From the NCBI GenBank assembly GCA_002633005.1, contig NMRA01000648.1:167909-228535 (forward strand): a stretch of 60,627 nt of DNA, read 5' to 3'. The position numbers and the translations under genes are program-made. Source of the stretch: Phoronis australis. Taxonomy: Eukaryota; Animalia; Phoronida. Shown here in pieces: positions 39,292 through 54,461 of this stretch; position 1 is the stretch's first letter, and each line of letters opens with the position of its first letter. The notes under the pieces are model-generated. The model was given only the letters and a program-made list of their open reading frames with translations, did not search any database and was not told the origin of the DNA.

Positions 39292-40637
39292 GTTTTCTGG
39301 GTTTTTTTTCTTCTTTGACCCCGTTAACCTCAGAAGTTTCAGGAAATATTTCCAATTTCTATGTATTATTACCGAGACCATGGTTGACACAAACTATTTC
39401 ACTGTCCAGCAGTTTCTATAAATTTTACAATACCACAAAAATGAGATTTCATGTTAATTAAAATTTGACACTGACTTTGAGCGAAAACTGATGTGCCCGA
39501 CTTTTAAACTATTTATCAGAGTAGGAATTGTTTAAACTACATTTTAGTAATATAATATATTATAATATAATATAAGCAAGTATAGTACGATCCAAATCCG
39601 CGCTATAAGGGTGTATCACCCATTTATGGCTTTTTGTCTGGTCTGAAGTGCACTGGAAACTGGTTGGCCTTTTTCAAAGGAATGTGTGAATGAATGAGCT
39701 TGTGAAAAACTTACGTTCACTGCACTGTAGTCATGGTACGAATAAAAGAATGAAAAGAGAAAACAAGAAATTGCGGTTTTAATTTGGGTGTGCCGTCTAT
39801 GTTTGTCTTTATATCCGTTTTATTCAAAAAACGCACTTGGACGGCACGCATCTGTTTGCAAATTTTGGAACACACGGTTTACTCCGTGGATGGGCGGACA
39901 CAGGATAGCGCAGACCGGTCACGTGCGACTATAGACTGAAGACTGGTTCGAGTTAATCACTTTATTAACTTCGGCCGCACGCCTCTACTCAAACAAAAGG
40001 TACGTACTACGTAATGTCTATTCTACGCTCCAGCTAGTGCTGCAAAACCTTGATCAGGCCCCCTCTCTAAATTCGCCACTGATGGCGAGAAGCAGCAGTT
40101 GTATAAGATGTGAGCTACGGCATGCAAGTATGGGCATGAAATCACGCGTTTCAGTTTACTCGGAGGTAAACTCTCACAGCGGTCCGGGGCGGTAGGCCTA
40201 CCGAGTATACTTGTTCGGGATTTACTGAAAAGCTGATGCCCTAGAATTGCTGCCATCGGTCAGGTCTTGAATGCCATGTCTTGTCTAGTCTGCAGCTATT
40301 TGACGTCGGGGGAAAATATGGCATTGTTGATGTTGGACGGCAGCGGTTTTCTCTAGCCACTATATGCAAAGACAATCCCCCCCTCAACCATTTTGTCTAG
40401 TCATGTTCATGCGTGACAACTAAACTTTGACCTGTTGGATAACTAAACTAAGCAGTGCAAGATTAATATCCTATGCAGTTTCAGGGAGAAAAGCTCATAT
40501 TTTAGAGCAAAAAATGAAAATCAAAAGAAAAAAAATGATATGAAGTAATTTTATCTTACCTAAAATTTGTCATTTTGTTTCATTTATGACAGTTATTATA
40601 AATTTTGTAATAATATATCAATTTCTAAAACCTGCAC

Positions 40638-40710
40638 CGAATGTTCCAGAAATCATCAGACCTTAAAATAGACTGACCAATCAGCTGTTGAGGTGACGAA
40701 GTCCTATAAA
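40638..40710 (+). promoter_or_regulatory. Polyubiquitin core promoter: three-unit heat-shock element, CCAAT box and TATA box
   Basis: cGAAt-gTTCc-aGAAa at 40638-40652 (perfect nGAAn array), CCAAT 40677-40681, TATAAA 40705-40710, TGACG half-sites nearby. Polyubiquitin genes are classical HSF targets. Confidence 0.75.
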
Positions 40711-40734
40711 GGCGGTGACGCACATCGATTGGAC

Positions 40735-44165
<3,431 letters not shown>

Positions 44166-44407
44166 ACTTGTATTAATTGGCAATAGTCGGAAATCAAAGT
44201 TCTCTCATTTTGAGAATCGGTTTGATGCCTGTTCTTCGGTGGAAAAACTGGTTCTCATACTGCGGGGACGTTATACGACTGCTGTCTTAAAAAACTGCTC
44301 GTAACACACGCGAAGTCCAGTACCATAACTTATATCCAAGTTTTGTGTTTAATTTGTTAAAGACGTCTCCGTATGCTGGTTGCGTAATGTTTTAACTTGA
44401 GAAGAAA

Positions 44408-44413
44408 AATAAA
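44408..44413 (+). terminator. Polyadenylation signal of polyubiquitin (AATAAA)
   Basis: AATAAA about 240 nt after the stop codon, followed by T/GT-rich sequence. Confidence 0.6.
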
Positions 44414-44613
44414 ATATTTTATCCTGTCCGTTTTGCATCTTGATGTCATTGTTAAAACGGAATAGCTTTTGTGTCTCTTTCGGAGCTTAGTTTTTCCGTT
44501 CCTCTCAATGGTTGTGTATTCAACGTGTCTAAGTGGTATACATCGTTGGTTGTTGTGACGAATGATATTTTTTCTATCCTTCGTTGAGAAGAAACATATT
44601 TTTAAAGGGATCT

Positions 44614-44873
44614 CTGGGTATTCCTGACCAGGTTTGAACCTGTGCCCTTCGGGCGCACCTGTGCCTATTTTTCAAAAAGTTGTGCCCATCAGACAACCGA
44701 AACTCCGAGGGCAATGGAAAAGACTTAAGAGAGCAGTCCTGTTTTACCCAACTGGCTGTGAGATTACTAGAACCGTGCGGTTTTTAAAGTTTCGTTTTAA
44801 ATGATTTGCCCCGGAGGCCCACTGCTGCAATACACTTGCGCAGTTTTATTTTTGTATGTCCAGGAATACCCTT
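44614..44873. mobile_element. MITE, copy 2 of the 25030-25341 family
   Basis: GGTATTCCTGACCAGGTTTGAACCTGTGCCC ... AAAAAGTTGTGCCCA ... TGTTTTACCCAACTGGCTGT ... GTCCAGGAATACCC shared with copy 1. Confidence 0.65.
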
Positions 44874-45439
44874 GTGATGTGAGCGACCTGTCTGAGCACA
44901 GGCATCCGTTTATTTAAGCCCGCATTTGGCGCATTTTGCTGACGAAAATCGAATTCGGCTTTATTTTTCGTAAGATCTGTGTCGTGTGATAGCAAAGATA
45001 TAGTTACAGTATCTTTGGTGATAAAATTTTATTAGTTACCGACAAGAACTTAGAAATCATGGTTGAGCCTAGAAAGAGCCTCAAAGATGATCGCCAAATC
45101 TACAATTACGAATTCGAAAATTCGTTGTACCTGCTACATTTCAAGGTTCATGAGGATGGTAATTAGCGCTTCAGTTAAGATTTAAACAGCGGCGAAATGC
45201 ACCTTTAATTTGTGGAATATGGTGAGGTCTCGTAGGCAACGTTTGAAATGAATACGGAGCTCTCGTTAACTCAAAAAGTTCGAGCTATATTTATGAGTTG
45301 CTTTTATTCATTACCAGCTTGAGTCTTTTAGTTCGTGAGAGTATAGTTTTCCCAAGTTCTGCTACGAGCTGTTGTTTCTAGTTCATATATGGTGCATGTG
45401 AGGGGGCAAAACAGCTAGGTTGGTAGAAAATCTTGACCG

Positions 45440-45638
45440 ACGCAACATAGGGGGCGGCGGGAGGGGGGGGGAGTGACTGCGCCGCCCATGGTCTATATGC
45501 GGATGCAGCATATGGGCGGCGCAGCACTGAACAAAAGTGTGGGGGGCTAAAGCCCCCGCAGTCGATCCCAGTGGTGCACCGCCTATATACCATATGCGGC
45601 GTAGCACCGTGACTGACTGGGGCTTATATAGCCCCCCC
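45440..45638. repeat. GC-rich repeat/MITE fragment abutting a gap; related in inverted orientation to 37415-37482
   Basis: TATGGGCGGCGCAGCACTGAACAAAAGTGTGGGGGGCTAAAGCCCCC versus GGGGGCTATAGCCCCACTTTTTTCAGTGCTGTGCCGCCCATA. Confidence 0.55.
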
Positions 45639-46729
45639 NNNNNNNNNNNNNNNNNNNNNNNNNNNNNNNNNNNNNNNNNNNNNNNNNNNNNNNNNNNNNN
45701 NNNNNNNNNNNNNNNNNNNNNNNNNNNNNNNNNNNNNNNNNNNNNNNNNNNNNNNNNNNNNNNNNNNNNNNNNNNNNNNNNNNNNNNNNNNNNNNNNNNN
45801 NNNNNNNNNNNNNNNNNNNNNNNNNNNNNNNNNNNNNNNNNNNNNNNNNNNNNNNNNNNNNNNNNNNNNNNNNNNNNNNNNNNNNNNNNNNNNNNNNNNN
45901 NNNNNNNNNNNNNNNNNNNNNNNNNNNNNNNNNNNNNNNNNNNNNNNNNNNNNNNNNNNNNNNNNNNNNNNNNNNNNNNNNNNNNNNNNNNNNNNNNNNN
46001 NNNNNNNNNNNNNNNNNNNNNNNNNNNNNNNNNNNNNNNNNNNNNNNNNNNNNNNNNNNNNNNNNNNNNNNNNNNNNNNNNNNNNNNNNNNNNNNNNNNN
46101 NNNNNNNNNNNNNNNNNNNNNNNNNNNNNNNNNNNNNNNNNNNNNNNNNNNNNNNNNNNNNNNNNNNNNNNNNNNNNNNNNNNNNNNNNNNNNNNNNNNN
46201 NNNNNNNNNNNNNNNNNNNNNNNNNNNNNNNNNNNNNNNNNNNNNNNNNNNNNNNNNNNNNNNNNNNNNNNNNNNNNNNNNNNNNNNNNNNNNNNNNNNN
46301 NNNNNNNNNNNNNNNNNNNNNNNNNNNNNNNNNNNNNNNNNNNNNNNNNNNNNNNNNNNNNNNNNNNNNNNNNNNNNNNNNNNNNNNNNNNNNNNNAAAC
46401 AGATACATTGCATAAACAAACCCTGGATCATGTTTTGTGTCCCGTCGGAAGAAAATTTAAATTCGAAAACATCTTCTGAAAACGCACAAAAAAGTGTATT
46501 AGTAAAATCTACTGATTTTTAAGTGGTTTTAAAAAACAATCGGTAAACTCACCGATTTTTGTCTCATTACTTTGATACGTGTCTCTTCCGATAAGTTAGT
46601 ACCTAACGTGCAGACGAGCACTCCAAATTGGAACGCTAAGTCCCGCGTGGTTGCGCTGCACGCGAAACAAGATGGCGGGCGAACTTTGGAGCCTGACGAA
46701 AATAGGTAACCGGACGATAGTTGGAAATA

Positions 46730-47522
46730 CTACGGATTGATGAAAATTATTTACTGAAATACGGAATAGTTCTAATACAGTATCTTGTCACCGAAAGCCA
46801 CATTTGTGTTCTGACTTATTAAAAAACAACTACTAGCAAAGTTGACAAACCTTCGGAGAACCTAAATATCGAACACCATGGCTGGTCCATGTTTCCGCCT
46901 ACGCCACTCCGCAGAAAACTGACTAACCAATTAATGGCCGTGGGCACCTTGCCGGTAAATTACAGCTCGAGTATTTTGATATATTTCAGTGCTGCTAGAA
47001 CACAGCTTCGTTTGCAACAAAATTATCCATAAAATGTCATCTGATGTGATGACAATGTCATCACATCAGATGACATTGCCAAGTTGTCTCTATGAATCAG
47101 TTCAGACGACTTAAGCACGTGAAACCTCACTGCAGTTTTTAGTATCTCTTTATCTTCTTGATATGACACACGCACGTGCGCGACCGGGGTTTGACTTCAC
47201 TCTTTCACAGTGCTACGAAAGCTATCACTGTGGAATGTTGTTTATCATGGTTTCTCATTGGTTACAGTCAAGTGACCTAATTATCGGACGTTTTGGCACA
47301 TTTTGCATTATATTTAATTGAAAATATTACGGATTGTTGTAAATTCTTTGCTGAAACAAAGATTTACCTTCACGGAATTGTTCTGTTACTATATCTTGTC
47401 ACTGAAAGCCACATTTATGTTCCGACTGATCTTCAAAAAACACAACAACCAAACCTTTGGAGAACCTAAATATCGGACACCATGTTTCTCCATACGCCAC
47501 ACCGCGGAAAACTGACTAACCA
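46730..47522. repeat. Direct duplication of about 200 bp (about 46730-46929 and 47328-47522, period about 595 bp) between two gaps
   Basis: TATCTTGTCAC.GAAAGCCACATTT.TGTT ... GGAGAACCTAAATATCG.ACACCATG ... GAAAACTGACTAACCA present twice. Confidence 0.8.
47033..47077. repeat. Perfect 45-bp palindrome (22-bp arms, 1-nt centre)
   Basis: AATGTCATCTGATGTGATGACA-A-TGTCATCACATCAGATGACATT. Confidence 0.95.
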
Positions 47523-50500
47523 NNNNNNNNNNNNNNNNNNNNNNNNNNNNNNNNNNNNNNNNNNNNNNNNNNNNNNNNNNNNNNNNNNNNNNNNNNNNNN
47601 NNNNNNNNNNNNNNNNNNNNNNNNNNNNNNNNNNNNNNNNNNNNNNNNNNNNNNNNNNNNNNNNNNNNNNNNNNNNNNNNNNNNNNNNNNNNNNNNNNNN
47701 NNNNNNNNNNNNNNNNNNNNNNNNNNNNNNNNNNNNNNNNNNNNNNNNNNNNNNNNNNNNNNNNNNNNNNNNNNNNNNNNNNNNNNNNNNNNNNNNNNNN
47801 NNNNNNNNNNNNNNNNNNNNNNNNNNNNNNNNNNNNNNNNNNNNNNNNNNNNNNNNNNNNNNNNNNNNNNNNNNNNNNNNNNNNNNNNNNNNNNNNNNNN
47901 NNNNNNNNNNNNNNNNNNNNNNNNNNNNNNNNNNNNNNNNNNNNNNNNNNNNNNNNNNNNNNNNNNNNNNNNNNNNNNNNNNNNNNNNNNNNNNNNNNNN
48001 NNNNNNNNNNNNNNNNNNNNNNNNNNNNNNNNNNNNNNNNNNNNNNNNNNNNNNNNNNNNNNNNNNNNNNNNNNNNNNNNNNNNNNNNNNNNNNNNNNNN
48101 NNNNNNNNNNNNNNNNNNNNNNNNNNNNNNNNNNNNNNNNNNNNNNNNNNNNNNNNNNNNNNNNNNNNNNNNNNNNNNNNNNNNNNNNNNNNNNNNNNNN
48201 NNNNNNNNNNNNNNNNNNNNNNNNNNNNNNNNNNNNNNNNNNNNNNNNNNNNNNNNNNNNNNNNNNNNNNNNNNNNNNNNNNNNNNNNNNNNNNNNNNNN
48301 NNNNNNNNNNNNNNNNNNNNNNNNNNNNNNNNNNNNNNNNNNNNNNNNNNNNNNNNNNNNNNNNNNNNNNNNNNNNNNNNNNNNNNNNNNNNNNNNNNNN
48401 NNNNNNNNNNNNNNNNNNNNNNNNNNNNNNNNNNNNNNNNNNNNNNNNNNNNNNNNNNNNNNNNNNNNNNNNNNNNNNNNNNNNNNNNNNNNNNNNTAAG
48501 ACAGCCAAAGTGAAAATTACAACCTTATTAATCGCCAAACGACGGTCACGTCTTTACTTTCAGTTGCCAAGAAATTCTCAAACCCTTTACTTGTTTCTGG
48601 GGTTACGTGCGCGAAATGTGATTTGTCTTTCACACGTTGTTGCCAACGTAAAGTGTAGGCCTACTCCAGCGATTCAACTGAGTGAACTCACGCGTGCGCA
48701 CCACTTCAAAGAACAGCGACAGTCCTAAGTGGAAGAGTATACCGGCTTGGCTCTGGTTTATTTGAAAATAAACTCAGATTCCCAGCGGTTATAAAAGACC
48801 CGATGTCCCGGGACCGATATAACCCATAACTGACGTTTTCCTGTTCCGATGTTTCCCGAGGTCGATGTTCTGTAAACCCTGTATTCTATACCCGTAGCCA
48901 GCTGTTGCAACTAAACTGGCACCAGATGCGAAACTGTGGTTCAAGTTAGCGAAGTTTTCATTCTTCTCTTTATACAACCCCCCTCCCCGGCAACTTTTCG
49001 CTCCCTGAACCACCGTCGCCGTAAAATTTTCAGACTCCTATAGAAACAACCTTGTTCCGGCTGAAGCGGGCAGTTAAAAACAAAATCATTCCGGGTGGCT
49101 AAATAGGTTACAATGTAGGTGGTAACGATATCCAGAAAGTCACCCCTACTAGATGGAGTTTGCCTTGCAAAATCGTATTATTATAACGTTTCTTACCATT
49201 GCAGCGTTTTAATATCTTATTACCGCAAACACTTAGGTTATCGACTATGCTCACTGACAAGCCTACTCCCTACCTTTTAAGTGTTTCATAATAAGCGCCA
49301 ACTGATCTATTAAAAGTCCCCCCTTAACTTAATTTTGAGAATTTCCAATTAAGCGCCCACAGTTCAAGCTAGCGCCCATCATAGCGCACTACAAACGACC
49401 GCATGTGGTTTAAAATTGACACGCAGCTTATATGGTGTGTCACTTTCATTTTACACAACTTCAGTTTTCAAAAACGTCTTTTCACAATATGTAAAAACCA
49501 AATCCCGGCTTTGTTTTACACCTCGGAAAGAAAGTTAACACTAGTGACATGCGTGTCGTTTTGTGACTGACTTATTTTTCCCGTACTTGGAAGGTATTGA
49601 GGAGCAAACTCGCCATTACGCGTTGGAAACCCGCACGGAGGGAGTCGGGAATTATTTCGAGGCTATTCATTTCATGGAAAATTAATTGTTGAGTACGTAA
49701 ACAGCATAAGTACCACATTTTGTTGTGAAATTTGCACTGAATTGTTCCCGCGCATACAAATAAGTCATTCGGTTGGGGCATCGTTTCACGGATTTTTTTT
49801 CGATAGATGTTTTTCAAACGTCGAGTTAAATTGCAAAATTTGGGCTGCGAAGAAAATGTGGAGGGAATTTGCACACCGAGTTAGTTTAAATTGTTAACGA
49901 CTTTGATGACGGCCAATAGCAGGCCAGATCTAACAAAATCTCGGATACTTTTTCAACGGGCATTTTCTCCCCATTCACATCGCAAATTTAGCTACTCGAA
50001 TGCACAAGTTAGTTAGAGAGCACTGATTCAACTTTCACGTCGGCAACTTGCCTTGCGCTCTAGAGTCTTTCAATGGCGGTCGTGAAGAACAGTAAGGCCG
50101 TACCTGCATGAATGAAGTCAATTTTGAGATCCGAAATTTGTGAGTATTTAACGCTGCAGGTAAGAGCATAATCTAAACATTTTCTAGATGATCTAAAAAT
50201 CTATTTTGGCGCGTAAAAATGGCGGGAAAATTTTGCGACCTGGCATTTACGAATGCGAGCTGGATTTTGAAAATGCGACCTGGGATTTTAGCTAGGTCGC
50301 AAAATGCGACCTGGCGATTTTAATAGCGTCGAGCCCTGCGTCCGATAATTAGGTACACTATGTGTAAGGGAATGAAACCAATGTCATAACATTCAGTCAT
50401 TGCAGGAAATCTGGGAACTCCTTTCAGTTTACTGTTACATAGTATGGCAACCACCTTTGACTTGAACAGGTGCAATGTATTAAAACGGGCAGTGAGCGAA

Positions 50501-50976
50501 GTAAACAAAATCAAGGGAACCCCAATCCATGATGGCTAAGCCCAAAGAAGTACAGTGCATAAAAGGCTTTCGCAAGTGGTGACGATGTGATCGATAAACT
50601 TCCGATCAAGCATGCGTATTGGTTCCCACACACGTGTCGTTCGTCATTTTTCCACAGGGCCACTTTTCAGTAAAGCTGGCACTGTGTCAGAGGGTAGGGT
50701 TGTCAGTTCATTGTGGAAAAAGATTTTGTTTTCAACTTTTATAACTGATTTATGCGATCATCAGTTTTAGGCTGACTTGGGGGTCTAAATTGCACACACT
50801 CTCTGTGAAATCAAAACGAGGCGATGGTATAAAAAATGAGACATTGCGGGACATTTAATGCATTACAGTGGAACAAAAATTGATGTCATTTATTGCTCAG
50901 ATTATGCTTCAAGTAAGATTTTATGTAATGTACGACATTTAGGGTCCATCCGATAATTAGGTACACTATGTGTATA

Positions 50977-51947
50977 ATACCAATATTAATAGAAGGGTTG
51001 ACCTATATACAACTAGAAGGGCGATCGAATGTGGCTGATGAGCAAGCGCGCTCTTACTGATTAAAATTAACGGGATAGTTAAAGATACACATCAAATCGG
51101 TAATTGCAAGTATTAATGCTTAAATTAATATTTGTTTAGTGGAGGCACAAAAATTAAAAACAAATGGAAACACCTCGAGGCACTGGTTGGATATAGCGGT
51201 CCCTGATTTTGAGAACCAGGCAATCACTGGATGAAACTGGTTCTCAAAATCAGGGACCCCTTTGTCCGACCAGTGCCTACCTCGAATTCCAAAAATCACC
51301 AATTAACGATGGGTAGTCGTTGTCAAATCAAAATAACAGTAAAAGTGGCGACACATCCTGGTGAGGGTCATGAATTAGAACATGTTTCTTGTAAAAAGTG
51401 TGCATCAAAACAAGTACATGTTTGTTCATCTTTTGTGTTTTCATTTGACTTAGAGGAACATGCTATTTATACAAAAAGTAGTTGAAGATGGTTTCGTTCC
51501 AGAGTGTTTTTTCAACATAGTATGGTTAAGCAACCTCAATAAAACACTGGGTTTTATTACTCAACATCTCTGGCTCACATCAGTGTGCCAAATGAACCAC
51601 ACAAAACTTTCAACCAATCAACAACTGTGTCATGCATGTTGTTGTTTTCAGTTGGTGTGAGGCTAATTTGAGCACGTGCATTAGAGCGCAGTTTGTGACG
51701 GCCATCATGAATCTGTAAATGCATGAGAGAACTGCTGTAGAATTTGATACATATTGCCTGCATGAGATGGTTCCACATTTGTCATTAATGGTTGTGTCTT
51801 CGCTAAACGAACATTAAGTTAAGCACTGATACCTGTAATTACCAATTTGAAGTTTATTTTTACCTGTCCTGCTAATTTTATCAGCAAGAATTCACCTGCT
51901 CGACGGCGGTATTGAATTGGTTTTGTATACCTTCTGTATATTATAGT
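50977..51947. mobile_element. Foldback/long-TIR non-autonomous element, copy A
   Basis: About 51050-51150 is the diverged inverted copy of about 51790-51890; the interior (about 51470-51620) is homologous to about 53500-53635. Confidence 0.6.
51179..51277. mobile_element. 99-bp hairpin mini-MITE, Merlin-like, nested in foldback copy A
   Basis: Termini GGCACT...AGTGCC, about 41-bp TIRs (22 bp perfect at 51198-51219 / 51237-51258), flanked by CACCTCGA / TACCTCGA (8-bp TSD with one mismatch). Confidence 0.7.
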
Positions 51948-53169
51948 ACGTCATGGCGAGCGGCTGATGGGATTGCCTGTGCACTCATAATTGCAGCCGC
52001 AGTCGTGGTTTGTTGATGCAGGATATTGACTGAAAGTGCAACAATGATGTCCACAGTACCAAGTTAAAATACAAACGAGAATTGGACTGTTGCATTACTT
52101 CACAGATTCACAGCTTTAGTGTTGTAATCATCAACAGAACATTAGTTGACTTCATCACTTGTCTTGCTTGCCGATCCCATGGCAGTGATAATTGATGTCG
52201 GTCAAGGGACCACTTGATGTGGGCTGTGGTACTGGGCACTAGGGGTATATTGCGGTCTCTGATTTAGATGGCTAAGTAATCACTGAATAATATATCTCAG
52301 TCTTTAAAATGTTAAATCTGATATTCCATCCAACCAAACAATTCTCCTGCCATGGTAGACTACGACACGATAAGCTTGTCTTCCACTAGAGCAAAGCTTT
52401 ATTGTTGACAAAATGTGTTATTCAACTGTACCAGAAGCATGGTCCCAATTGCATGCATATTACTGTCCAGTGCTTGACACTTAGCTTAATGCCAAGTCGC
52501 ATTTGGTGGCGTGGCAAAAATCCCAGGTCGTCAAATGAAATCTGAGGTTGCCAAAACTGAAATATATCTCAGGTGGGGAAATGAATTCTGAGGTTTCTGA
52601 TCTGGTGTGAATATCTCGACCAACAAAAAGAAAAGGTTGTATGGTTGTTCTCTTGTGCGAACCCTTAAGTGCTTAGGTTCATTCTCAAAGTCAATGCCTC
52701 CCGCTGACGAACGAACAAAGAACGCAGACGACCACACATGGATTGGTGGCACAAATTCCACCAGTCTTGCCTGATTTTTGTTGACTTCTGTCTATTTACT
52801 TCCTGTTGTAATTTAAGCGTGTGTTTGATGTGTGCTGACTGCTGTGATGGCAAATTCACTGATTTCACGCAATAAACTGATTAGTTTTTAATCAGGTGAT
52901 GAAAACTGTTTGCAATTTAAAGTTTGGAAGTCAACATGAACTTTGGAATGAATTTAAAGAAGGAATTGTCTGACTTTGATACTCTCACTGGTGACTTCGT
53001 GACATCTTGGAATTTTTCCCAGGTCACCAAACACAATCTGTGGTCGTATTAGCGCCTTGCAAATCGAGCGCTGCAGTCAAAGGAGCCTTTAATGATCCGC
53101 TCGTCATGACACTATGAGAGAAGGAATACATGGGCCTCTGCAGGCCAGCTTTCGGTGTTTGCAATTACT

Positions 53170-54461
53170 GAGACAGTTAATAATTCACTTGAAGTGAGTA
53201 GGTATCGGTGCTTAACTCAATATTCGTTTAGTGGAGACACAAGCATTAGATGACTGGAACCATCTGATATAGGTAGACACGTAACCCATCTGTAAATAGG
53301 TATGTGCCTCACACTCCACGGCTCACTCACCATTTCAAAATGGTAACCATTGATTTTGCTCCAATGCACATGCTGAACATGATGTCACATCAAAGGGAAA
53401 TAACAACTTAGGTGGAATAAGTGTACCTCACAACATGCACGTGTCCCATCCATCTCCTGGGTTTTATTTTACGCAAACAAACATGTTTTTCATATATAAA
53501 GTATTAGGAGCTAGCATCATTCCAGAGTTTTTATAAAATTGCATGGCTAAACAACCTCAAAAAATACTTGGTTTTATTACCACACCTCTCCGACTCACAT
53601 CTCTGCCAAAGCAACGGCACAAAACTTTCAACCAACCCGCATTCTCAATTTATAGTGTCACACTAGCTGAACATTGTTTTCACTTGATGCGAGTCTATTT
53701 TGAGCATGCACATTGGAGCATAGTTGGCAGTAGCTGGCGTTATCGGCGAGTAATCTGTGCTTTACCGGACTATTCATATTGGCTCTCCCTAGAGTAATGA
53801 GAACGAGAAAGCGACTTCTCTGTGATTCTTTGGACAGAAATTCACTACTATTTAGTGCTTCATTAATTTAAATTGGAGGAGTAAAATCCAAAATCAACCC
53901 TTCCCATTATCTGGTTAGGTTAATTTCATTAATTTATTTTAGTTTTTTGACATCGGTTGAGGAAATTATCCCGCTTTATCAGTCGCATCCTCTGACTATG
54001 CAGCCATGGTTTTTTTTATTGGGTATGTGTGGGACATGATGTCCTTCATCTATAGATGCTTCAAGTGGTTTGCCTTTATCCATTTGTCATGAGTACAGGA
54101 AAGGTGTTAAAACGCTTTTAAAACCAGTAGGTTGAAACCTCTCATTCGCATTAAATGGTACCTGTAGCCGGCGCTGAACACCTGTCCATCAAAGACCTGA
54201 TTACCTTCTGGTGGAGTAGTGAATTTCAATTTAGTACTGGTATGGCTATTTCAAAAATCAGCTATTTGAGGCATATTTCCTGCATCAGATGGTTCCATTT
54301 GTCTTTAATGGTTGTGTCTTCGCGAAAAAACATTAAGTTAAGCATCGATACATGTAATTACTGATTTGAAGTGTCTTTTAATTGTCCCATTAGTTTTAAT
54401 CAGGAAACAGTGCTCATCAGCCATATTTAGTAGTTGTTGTATATCTTCTATATATTATAGT
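53170..54461. mobile_element. Foldback/long-TIR non-autonomous element, copy B
   Basis: GTGCTTAACTCAATATTCGTTTAGTGGAGACACAA...GGAACCATCTGAT (left) versus ATCAGATGGTTCC...TTGTGTCTTCGCGAAAAAACATTAAGTTAAGCATC (right); same arms as copy A. Confidence 0.6.

Noticed and set aside
45383-48538. 280-340 aa ORFs
   Set aside because: They consist almost entirely of N-gap (X residues).
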